From assembly GCA_038245295.1 (NCBI GenBank), contig JBBRSP010000007.1, positions 96,001-160,000 on the forward strand: a DNA stretch of 64,000 nucleotides. Reading direction: 5' to 3'. The translations under genes and the position numbers were made by a program. The DNA comes from Candidatus Binatia bacterium (GTDB lineage Bacteria > Desulfobacterota > Binatia > HRBIN30). This document shows positions 40,182 through 48,265 of this stretch, one piece after another (positions within the stretch are counted from its first letter, which is position 1; each line of letters opens with the position of its first letter). Under the pieces are notes generated by a model, which was not told the origin of the DNA, did not search any database, and saw nothing but the letters and a program-made list of their open reading frames with translations.

Positions 40182-41003
40182 ATGAGCCAACCATACAGGT
40201 ATCACACGCTGATCATCGCCATGGCTTGCCTCAGCGCCGCAAGGTCAGGCAGCGCCGCGATGCTGCGATGTCCATCAGACTCCGTAAGGGTTGGCAACGT
40301 CTGTATCGACAAGTACGAGGCGAGCGTCTGGGACATTCCGCCGTCGAACACCGCGCTCATCCGGCGCGTCCAGCTGGGCAGAGTCACAGTCGCGGAGCTG
40401 ACCAACGGCGGCGCCACGGAGCTGAGCCCCAGCCAGTCGTGCAGCCCGGCATTCCCGGCGACGTTCGGCGCCAACGGGAACTGGACCAAACCCGTCTATG
40501 CGGTGTCCATACCGGGCGTGCGTCCGGCCGGGTGTGTCACGTGGCTCCAGGCAGAACAGGCGTGTGCACTCGCCGGAAAGCGACTGCTGACGAACCAGGA
40601 ATGGCAACGCGCCGCCGCCGGAACGCCGGATCCTGGCGCCGACGACGGTGAAACGGACTGCAACGTCGGTGGTCTCAATCGGCCAGTCGAGGCCGGCTCG
40701 CGATCGAAGTGTGTGTCGAGCTGGGGCACGTTCGACATGGTGGGGAATGTCGAGGAGTGGGTCGCGGACTGGGTGGCGCAGACGACGGCGTGTCCGGGCT
40801 GGGGCTCGTTCAGCGACGACGTCATGTGCCTTTCGGGTGCGAATACGACTGGGACCGGTCCTGGAGCCTTGGTTCGCGGCGGTTCCTACACCGACTTCAC
40901 GGCAGCTGGAGTCTTCGCCATCGACGCCGGCCCGGCACGCGGAACAATCGGCAACACGCCGGTCGCGGCCCGCCCGAGTCTTGGTTTCCGCTGCGCGCGC
41001 TAG
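40182..41003 (+). CDS. secreted SUMF1/FGE-sulfatase (C-type lectin fold) domain protein
   Basis: Signal peptide; CIDKYEAS, GKRL.T..EW, FDMVGNVEEWV, RGGS and GFRCAR. Confidence 0.85.
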   Translation: MSQPYRYHTLIIAMACLSAARSGSAAMLRCPSDSVRVGNVCIDKYEASVWDIPPSNTALIRRVQLGRVTVAELTNGGATELSPSQSCSPAFPATFGANGNWTKPVYAVSIPGVRPAGCVTWLQAEQACALAGKRLLTNQEWQRAAAGTPDPGADDGETDCNVGGLNRPVEAGSRSKCVSSWGTFDMVGNVEEWVADWVAQTTACPGWGSFSDDVMCLSGANTTGTGPGALVRGGSYTDFTAAGVFAIDAGPARGTIGNTPVAARPSLGFRCAR

Positions 41004-41087
41004 TCGGTTCTGACGGCAACAACGCTCGCTTGGCTTTGCGCCGACGCTCAGAAGTTGTAGCGTGCCGGCGCAACACCGAGGGAGCGT

Positions 41088-42767
41088 ATGACGATCGTAA
41101 AAGACGACGAACTACCATTGGCACGTGCCTATCGCTGGGAGCGTGAGCGACCGAACCAAGTATTCTTGACGCAGCCGAAGAACGGCGTCGCCCGGGATTG
41201 GACCTGGGCGCAGGCGATGGACGAGGCGCGACGGCAGGCGGCTTACCTCAAGGCGCAGAATTTCCCGCCGGGGTCGCGCATCGTCATCATCGCCAAGAAC
41301 TGCGCCTGGTGGATCATGGCCGACCTCGCCATCTGGATGGCGGGGCACGTCAGCGTCCCCGTCTATCCGTCGCTGGCAGGCAGCACGGTGCGACAGATCC
41401 TCGACCATGCCGAGGCAAGCCTGGCGTATATCGGTGAGCTCGACGACTGGAAGAGTATGCAGTCCGGCATTCCCGCCGAGCTGCCGTGTATCGGCATGCC
41501 GAACGCGCCGGAAGCGATCAAAACCCGTTGGGACGACATCCTGGCGAAAACGCCGCCCATGAGTGGCGAGACGCGGCGCAATGCCGACGATCTCGCGACC
41601 ATCATCTACACCTCGGGAACAACGGGAATACCGAAGGGCGTCATGCACGCCTTCACCAGCTTCGCCATCGCCGGGCAATTGTTTGCCAACCTCATCAAGG
41701 CAACCCCCGATGAGCGCATTCTTTCCTACTTGCCATTGGCGCACGTTGCGGAGCGCGCGCTGATCGAATCGCCGTCCATTTACGCCGGCACCCATATCTA
41801 CTTCACGGAAGGGTTGAGTACGTTCCTCGTCGATCTGCGGCGGGCACGGCCAACCGCATTCTTTTCGGTGCCGCGACTGTGGGTCAAGTTCCAGCACGGC
41901 GTATTCGAAAAGCAGCCGCCAAAGAGGCTGAACTTCTTGATGCGCCTGCCGATTGTGGGTCGCTTGGTCAAGAAGAAGATCCTGACCCAACTCGGCCTCG
42001 AGACCGTGCGGTTCGCCGGCTGTGGCGCGGCACCGATGCCGCCGGAGTTGCTCCAATGGTATCGCCGCCTCGGCCTCGAGCTGCTCGAAGGCTACGGGAT
42101 GAGCGAGAACTTCGGCTTGTCCCACAGCTCGCGGCCAGGCCAGGCGCGTGTGGGATACGTTGGGCAACCATGGGACGGCATGCAGCATAAGTTGTCTCCC
42201 GAGGGGGAAGTCCTGGTCCGCTGCCCGACCAACATGATGGGATACTTCAAGGAGCCGGAGAAAACGCGCGAGGTGTTTACCGACGACGGGTTTCTGCGCA
42301 CCGGTGATCTCGGACAGATCGACGAAGCCGGACGGCTACGCATCGTCGGGCGTGCCAAGGAGCAGTTCAAGACGAGCAAGGGCAAGTATGTCGCGCCGTC
42401 GCCTATCGAGAACAAATTATCGGCGCACCCGCGTGTCGAGGCCGTCTGCGTCACGGGTCCGGGCTACCCGCAGCCGTTCGCCATCGTCGTCTTATCGAAG
42501 AGCGAACCTGGCGACGGTTTGCCGCCGGCAGCCGAACGAGAAGAGCTCAGCCGGTCGTTGACTGCCCATCTCAAGTCGGTGAACGCCGACCTCGATCCGC
42601 ACGAAGAGCTCGATTTCATCGCTGTCGTCGGCCAGCACTGGAGCGTCGAATCCGGATTCATCACACCGACGCTGAAGATCAAACGCCCTGTGGTCGAAGG
42701 TTTCTACGAGCGCCATTTCGAAGAGTGGGCACGCCAACGTAAGCCGGTGGTGTGGCACGAGGGCTAG
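41088..42767 (+). CDS. long-chain acyl-CoA synthetase (AMP-binding)
   Basis: YTSGTTGIPKG, SYLPLAHVAER, EGYGMSE, RTGD and KTSKGKYVAP. Confidence 0.92.
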   Translation: MTIVKDDELPLARAYRWERERPNQVFLTQPKNGVARDWTWAQAMDEARRQAAYLKAQNFPPGSRIVIIAKNCAWWIMADLAIWMAGHVSVPVYPSLAGSTVRQILDHAEASLAYIGELDDWKSMQSGIPAELPCIGMPNAPEAIKTRWDDILAKTPPMSGETRRNADDLATIIYTSGTTGIPKGVMHAFTSFAIAGQLFANLIKATPDERILSYLPLAHVAERALIESPSIYAGTHIYFTEGLSTFLVDLRRARPTAFFSVPRLWVKFQHGVFEKQPPKRLNFLMRLPIVGRLVKKKILTQLGLETVRFAGCGAAPMPPELLQWYRRLGLELLEGYGMSENFGLSHSSRPGQARVGYVGQPWDGMQHKLSPEGEVLVRCPTNMMGYFKEPEKTREVFTDDGFLRTGDLGQIDEAGRLRIVGRAKEQFKTSKGKYVAPSPIENKLSAHPRVEAVCVTGPGYPQPFAIVVLSKSEPGDGLPPAAEREELSRSLTAHLKSVNADLDPHEELDFIAVVGQHWSVESGFITPTLKIKRPVVEGFYERHFEEWARQRKPVVWHEG

Positions 42768-42777
42768 CGGGCGCGGG

Positions 42778-43452
42778 TTATGGACGACCTAGATCATCCA
42801 GGCGTCGCAGGACCAGGTCGACCAGCGACGGATCTGGACACGACAGATCGCGCTCGCCGGTGAACCAGGCCGTCTTCAGCCCGGCCCCACGCGCGCCGCG
42901 TACATCCTTGTCGAAGGAATCTCCCACGTAGAGCACTTCGTGGGCGGCACAGCCCATTTGTTCGACGGCCATCTGGAAGATCGCCGGATCCGGCTTGCTG
43001 ACACCGACACAGTTGGAATCGATGATGCTGCTCAACATCGGACTGAGCCCGGCTTCGTCGAGCAATCGGTCGACGTTGCCGTAGAAGTTCGAAATGACTC
43101 CCAGTGTGTAGCGTTGGCGCAAGCGTTTCAGGACCTGACGGCTGGCTGCCAAAGAGGCCCGCGCTTGATTGACGAAGTCGGTGATTACGCGCAGGCGCAC
43201 CTGCTCGTCGTCCAGCTTCAACCGTTCGAGCTGGCGATCGACATGGAACTCGATCAACGGCTGCAGCTCGAGGTCGGCGACGGCCATATCGCGGTAGGCC
43301 GATTGCGTCGCGAAGTCGAAAGCATCGCGGATCGTCGCCCAGGAGTAGTCGCAGCCGGCGGCACGGTAGAGCTCGGCGAAACGTTCGAGCCAGTGAATGC
43401 CGGGAGCGTCGAGAGTACCGCCGAAATCGAAACAGATGCCGCGCACTTCCAT
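42778..43452 (-). CDS. HAD superfamily hydrolase
   Basis: FDFGGTLD (motif I variant), ISNFYGN, KPDPAIF and VGDSFDKD. Confidence 0.88.
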   Translation of the reverse strand: MEVRGICFDFGGTLDAPGIHWLERFAELYRAAGCDYSWATIRDAFDFATQSAYRDMAVADLELQPLIEFHVDRQLERLKLDDEQVRLRVITDFVNQARASLAASRQVLKRLRQRYTLGVISNFYGNVDRLLDEAGLSPMLSSIIDSNCVGVSKPDPAIFQMAVEQMGCAAHEVLYVGDSFDKDVRGARGAGLKTAWFTGERDLSCPDPSLVDLVLRRLDDLGRP

Positions 43453-43550
43453 GGTGCTGTTCGTTAAGCAGCCGTGCCGCGCAGCGGCAACGAGGGTGAC
43501 GGCGCTTTTTCCTCGAAATAGCGGCCTGCTTGCGTTAAAGACGCGGCCAC

Positions 43551-45245
43551 ATGGCCAGATTGAATGAGTTCTCGGCGGCGACGCGACAGCGCAACCTGGA
43601 AGCTCTGTCGCGCGACACGTTTGATCTTCTGATCATCGGCGGCGGAATCACGGGTGCGGGCATCGCGCGCGACGCGACACTACGCGGCCTCAGGGTTGCG
43701 CTGGTCGAACAACGCGATTTTGCTTCCGGCACCAGCAGTCGTTCCTCGAAGCTAGTGCACGGCGGATTGCGCTATCTGGCGCAGGGCGACGTCGGCCTGG
43801 TGATGGAAGCCGCGAACGAACGTCGGACGCTGCGCCGCATCGCGCCCTATCTGGCGCGACCCCTGCAAATGCTCGTGCCGGTGCACGGCCGCTCGGGCTA
43901 CATGACGATCAGTGCCGGGTTATTCACCTACGACAAAATGGCGCGCGTCGAAAAGGAGCATCGCAACCAGATGCTCGGACGCGACGATACTCTTGCCAAA
44001 GAGCCACTGCTGCGCCGCGACAAAGTGTACGGCGCCGGGTTCTACTACGAGTGCCTGACGGACGACGCACGTCTGGTCATCGAGAACATCAAGACCGCCG
44101 CCGCTCTCGGTGGCATCGCCGCCAACTACACCGAGGTTGTCTCCTTCCGCACCGAAGGTGGACGCTTGAGCGGCGCGGTGGTTCGCGACCGCCTCGGTGG
44201 TGGCGAATTCGAAGTGCGCGCCCATGTGACGGTCAATGCTGCCGGCCCGTGGGTCGACGCCGTGCGTCTACTGCAGGGCGAGAGCGAAAAGCCGCGGCTG
44301 CATCTGACCAAGGGAATTCATCTGGTCGTCCCGAAGGAGCGGCTGCCGGTGCAGCACTGCGTCGTAATGACGACACCCGACAAACGGTCGATCTTCGTCG
44401 TGCCGCGCGGCGACATCGTCTACCTCGGCACCACCGACACCAATTACGAGGGCCGACTCGACGAGCCGGCAATCACCGTCGAGGACGGCGAGTACCTGCT
44501 GCAGACCACCAACGCGACATTCGACATCGAGCCGTTACGCCTCAGCGATACCGTCGGCGCCTGGGCTGGGCTGCGCCCCCTGTTGCATCAGGAAGGAAAG
44601 AAGCCTTCCGAAATCTCGCGACGCGACGAGATCATGGTGGGGCCAAGCGGGCTGCTGTCGATCGCCGGCGGCAAACTCACGGCCTATCGCCGTATGGCTG
44701 AACGAATCGTCGAGAACGTCGCAGAGATTCTCACCGAACGCGGCCACTCGGTACGACCGGACCCGGGGAACAGCGCGACCGAACTGTTGAGTGGTGGTGC
44801 GACGGGTGAAGACGTTGAGGCGTTCGCTGCACGACTGAAGAGTAAGTGGTCGCGCCTGCCTGCCGACATCGTCGAACGCCTGGTCACGGTCTACGGCAGC
44901 AATGCCGAACGGATGGTCGAGGGCATGGCCACCGACCCGCAATTGGCACTTCGGTGCGCCCCGGAGTCGGCCGTCACGCAGAGCGAGGTCGCCTACGCCG
45001 TGCGCGAAGAGATGGTCATGACCCTTGTCGACTTCCTCGAACGCCGCTCGCGTCTCTTCTTGTGGGATCGCGCCAACGGGCTGGGCGTGGCGAGCCAGGT
45101 GGCACACCTCATGGCACCGATGCTGGGTTGGGATACGACGCGGGTAGACCGCCAAATACGCGAGTATGGTGAGCATGTTGCTGCGGTGAAACACTTCGTG
45201 TCGCCAGAATCAGACATCGTCGAGAAAAAGGTGGCACATGCCTGA
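43551..45245 (+). CDS. glpD: FAD-dependent glycerol-3-phosphate dehydrogenase/oxidase
   Basis: IGGGITG, DFASGTSSRSSKLVHGGLRYL, TDDARL, GTTD, AGLRPL and GGKLT.YR. Confidence 0.88.
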   Translation: MARLNEFSAATRQRNLEALSRDTFDLLIIGGGITGAGIARDATLRGLRVALVEQRDFASGTSSRSSKLVHGGLRYLAQGDVGLVMEAANERRTLRRIAPYLARPLQMLVPVHGRSGYMTISAGLFTYDKMARVEKEHRNQMLGRDDTLAKEPLLRRDKVYGAGFYYECLTDDARLVIENIKTAAALGGIAANYTEVVSFRTEGGRLSGAVVRDRLGGGEFEVRAHVTVNAAGPWVDAVRLLQGESEKPRLHLTKGIHLVVPKERLPVQHCVVMTTPDKRSIFVVPRGDIVYLGTTDTNYEGRLDEPAITVEDGEYLLQTTNATFDIEPLRLSDTVGAWAGLRPLLHQEGKKPSEISRRDEIMVGPSGLLSIAGGKLTAYRRMAERIVENVAEILTERGHSVRPDPGNSATELLSGGATGEDVEAFAARLKSKWSRLPADIVERLVTVYGSNAERMVEGMATDPQLALRCAPESAVTQSEVAYAVREEMVMTLVDFLERRSRLFLWDRANGLGVASQVAHLMAPMLGWDTTRVDRQIREYGEHVAAVKHFVSPESDIVEKKVAHA

Positions 45246-46650
45246 CAACACTTCAGCACAGCATCGACAAGCACTGGCCACGCGTCTCGGCGCGGAACGG
45301 GTGAGTTGGGACGACGGAACACTCGCCGAACACAGCCGCGATTACTGGTCGCTCTCGGCCCTGCGGCGCATGCAGGGTCGACAAGACAATCGACCCTTGT
45401 GTGTCGTCACACCAGAAAACACCGCACAGGTCAGCACGCTTCTCGAATATGCCAACACCCAACGCATCCCGGTCGTTCCGTTCGGCGCCGGCTCCGGCGT
45501 CTGCGGCGCCGTGTTACCGGATAGCCGCAGCATCGTCGTCGACCTGCGCGGCATGAACCGCATCCTCGAGCTCAACGAGAACTCTCTCTACGTGCGCGTC
45601 CAGGCGGGCATGATGGGCGGTGTCTTCGAAGCGGAGCTCAACAAAGCGAAGTACTCGGCGCGCCACTTTCCGCAATCGATCGACGTCTCGACCGTCGGCG
45701 GCTGGGTGGCCACACGGGCCGCCGGCCAATACTCGACGCGCTACGGCAACATCGAAGACATTCTGCTCGGCGTTGAAGGAGTGCTGCCCGATGGGCGCAT
45801 CGTGAGCACACGACTGGGCGTTCGCTCCGCCGCCGGCCCCGATCTGCGGCATGTGTTCCTCGGCGCCGAAGGCACGATGGGTATCATCACGGAGGTTACC
45901 CTGCGCCTCGTACCGCTACCGGAGACGACGGTTGGCTACTCCTTCAGCTTCGCGTCGATGGACGCCGGCCTCGAGGCGATTCGCAAGATCATGCGCGACG
46001 GGTGGCGGCCACCTGTGGTGCGGCTCTACGACGCCATCGAAGCGGCGCGTTTGTTTCCCGATGTCAGCGACACGACCAACGCGTTGCTGTTGCTGCTGTC
46101 CGAGGGACCGCGCGGTATGACCGACGCCGAAGTAGCCGGCTGCAGCGCGATCTGCACCGAAAATGGCGGCACGTCGACGGGCGCCGGACCCGTGGAGCGC
46201 TGGAGCCACGAGCGCAATCACGTGCCGGGTTTTGACAAGTTCCTCGAACGCGGCCTGGTTCTCGATACGATCGAGGTCGCCAGCACATGGGATCGTGTCG
46301 GCGCCATGTATCGCGAAGTCGTAGCGGCGATGCAGAACGTGCCCGGCACCCTGATAGCCTCGGGCCACAGCTCGCACAGCTACGCCCAGGGAACGAATAT
46401 CTACTTCACGTTCGTCGCCAAGCCGGAAGATCCGGCGGGCGGTGAGGCGACCTACCTCGCCTGCTGGGCGGCAGCGATGGAGGCGACGTTGCGATGCGGC
46501 GGTACGATCGCGCATCACCATGGTATCGGCCGCTTGCGCCGCGACTGGATGAAAGAGGAGCTCGGGTCGAGCCTCGAGATGTTGCGCGCCCTCAAGCGTG
46601 CGATCGACCCGAACGGCATCATGAACCCCGGCGTTCTCATCCCCGACTGA
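45238..46650 (+). CDS. FAD-linked oxidase, alkyl-dihydroxyacetonephosphate synthase-like
   Basis: PFGAGSGV, HFPQS..STVGGWVATR..GQ.STRYG.IED, GAEGTMG, HSSH.Y..G.NIYF and HHHGIG. Confidence 0.82.
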   Translation: MPDNTSAQHRQALATRLGAERVSWDDGTLAEHSRDYWSLSALRRMQGRQDNRPLCVVTPENTAQVSTLLEYANTQRIPVVPFGAGSGVCGAVLPDSRSIVVDLRGMNRILELNENSLYVRVQAGMMGGVFEAELNKAKYSARHFPQSIDVSTVGGWVATRAAGQYSTRYGNIEDILLGVEGVLPDGRIVSTRLGVRSAAGPDLRHVFLGAEGTMGIITEVTLRLVPLPETTVGYSFSFASMDAGLEAIRKIMRDGWRPPVVRLYDAIEAARLFPDVSDTTNALLLLLSEGPRGMTDAEVAGCSAICTENGGTSTGAGPVERWSHERNHVPGFDKFLERGLVLDTIEVASTWDRVGAMYREVVAAMQNVPGTLIASGHSSHSYAQGTNIYFTFVAKPEDPAGGEATYLACWAAAMEATLRCGGTIAHHHGIGRLRRDWMKEELGSSLEMLRALKRAIDPNGIMNPGVLIPD

Positions 46651-46665
46651 CCGGAACGGACAGCC

Positions 46666-48126
46666 ATGAAGCCGTACGTTCTCGCCATCGACGAAGGCAC
46701 GACGGGAGTCCGCGCCCACGTATTCGACAGCGCCGGCACCTTGTGTGGTGCTGCCTATCAAGAGCTCAGCGCCAGCTATCCGCACCCAGGCTGGATCGAA
46801 CAGGATCCCCTCGCCATCTGGCGCACCGCCCAGGCGGTGACGGAGCGCGCCTTGGCAAAGGCGAAGTTACGGGCCAGCGACATCGACGCGATCGGCATCT
46901 GTAACCAGCGCGCCAGCGTGCTGGTCTGGGATCGGCGCACGTCGGAGCCGGTCTACCCAGCCATCGTATGGCAAGACACACGCACGGCGGCGCGCATCCC
47001 GCAGTTGCTGGAGCAGGGTTTCTTCACCAACAGCCTGGCGTCGGCGACCAAACTCGAATGGATCTTGCAGAACATTCCCGACGGCGTGTCACGCGCCGCG
47101 GCTGGCGACCTGTGCTTCGGGACGGTCGATAGTTGGCTGGCGTGGAAGCTTAGCGGTGGCAAACTGCACGTGACCGACTACTCCAACGCCTCGTGCACAA
47201 CGCTGTTCGACGTGTTGCAGGCGATCTGGGACGTCAACGCGCTGCAGCTCCTCGACATCCCCGCAGCGATCTTGCCGCGCGCCGCGCAATCGTCGGAGAT
47301 CTACGGCATGTCGTCGGCAGAGGCGTTCGGCGCTGAAGTGCCGATTGCGGGTATGGCGGGCGACCAGCAAGCCGCCATGTTCGGCGAGATGTGTGTCGAT
47401 CCCGGCAGCGTGAAGATCACCTATGGCACCTCCGGCATGGCCGACATTCACACGGGTGAATACCCGGTGATGTCGCTCCGCGGAGCCTACCCGCTCATTC
47501 TGTGGGGGATCGACGGCCAGCGTTCGTTCTGCCTGGAAGGTACGACGGTCACCGCGGGCGCCGCGGTGCAATGGCTGCGCGATGGGCTGGGCGTATTGCG
47601 CGATCTGGACGAGAGCGGTCCACTGGCTGCTTCCGTGCCCGACAACGGCGGCGTGTGGGCGGTTCCGGCGTTCCAGGGGCTCGGCACACCACACATGGAC
47701 CCGGGAGCCCGCGCCCTGATCGGCGGCTTGTCGCGCGGCAGCACGCGGGCGCACGTCGTACGAGCGGTTCTCGAGGGTATTGCCTACCGCAGTCGCGAAG
47801 TTCTCACCACGCTGCTCGAAGACTCCGGCAACGCGCCGCCAGCGCGCTTGCGTGTTGACGGTGGGGCGGCGGCCAACGACTTTCTGTTGCAGCATCTCTC
47901 GAACGTGCTCGGCTTACCGGTCGAGCGCCCGCGATCGGTGCAAGCCTCGGCACTCGGTGCCGCCTACCTCGCGGGGTTGGCCGTCGGCGTGTGGAAATCC
48001 GTCGACGAGCTGCGGCACACGTATCGCTCCGGCAAAGTGTTCGAACCTCAATGGGATGCCGATCGGCGCGACACGGCTTTCGCGCTTTGGCAACGCAACG
48101 TCGCGGCGGCGCGACAACCTTCCTGA
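46666..48126 (+). CDS. FGGY carbohydrate kinase, glycerol kinase-like (substrate residues altered)
   Basis: IDEGTTG, NQR, WQD.R, GTVDSW, GDQQAA, TYGT and VDGG. Confidence 0.88.
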   Translation: MKPYVLAIDEGTTGVRAHVFDSAGTLCGAAYQELSASYPHPGWIEQDPLAIWRTAQAVTERALAKAKLRASDIDAIGICNQRASVLVWDRRTSEPVYPAIVWQDTRTAARIPQLLEQGFFTNSLASATKLEWILQNIPDGVSRAAAGDLCFGTVDSWLAWKLSGGKLHVTDYSNASCTTLFDVLQAIWDVNALQLLDIPAAILPRAAQSSEIYGMSSAEAFGAEVPIAGMAGDQQAAMFGEMCVDPGSVKITYGTSGMADIHTGEYPVMSLRGAYPLILWGIDGQRSFCLEGTTVTAGAAVQWLRDGLGVLRDLDESGPLAASVPDNGGVWAVPAFQGLGTPHMDPGARALIGGLSRGSTRAHVVRAVLEGIAYRSREVLTTLLEDSGNAPPARLRVDGGAAANDFLLQHLSNVLGLPVERPRSVQASALGAAYLAGLAVGVWKSVDELRHTYRSGKVFEPQWDADRRDTAFALWQRNVAAARQPS

Positions 48127-48265
48127 AGCAAACCGTCATGCAGGGGCATCGAGCCCTGCAACACCCTGCGGCCACCGTGCAAACCCGTGCAGGGTGACGT
48201 CGACCTGTGAGCAGACCCAGAACATCGACGATCGACGGAATATGTCTTGCTGGTATGATCCTTTG

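Noticed and set aside
40182..41087. Diversity-generating retroelement around the FGE-domain gene
   Set aside because: No reverse transcriptase, no avd gene and no second copy of the 3' region seen in the window.
46666..48126. Naming the kinase glpK
   Set aside because: Glycerol-contacting residues of canonical GlpK (RE and PYF motifs) are substituted.
48127..48265. Two small inverted repeats (tgcaggg/ccctgca, caccctgc/gcagggtg) before the cytochrome gene
   Set aside because: Short GC-rich stems without a U-tract or recognisable motif; could be chance.
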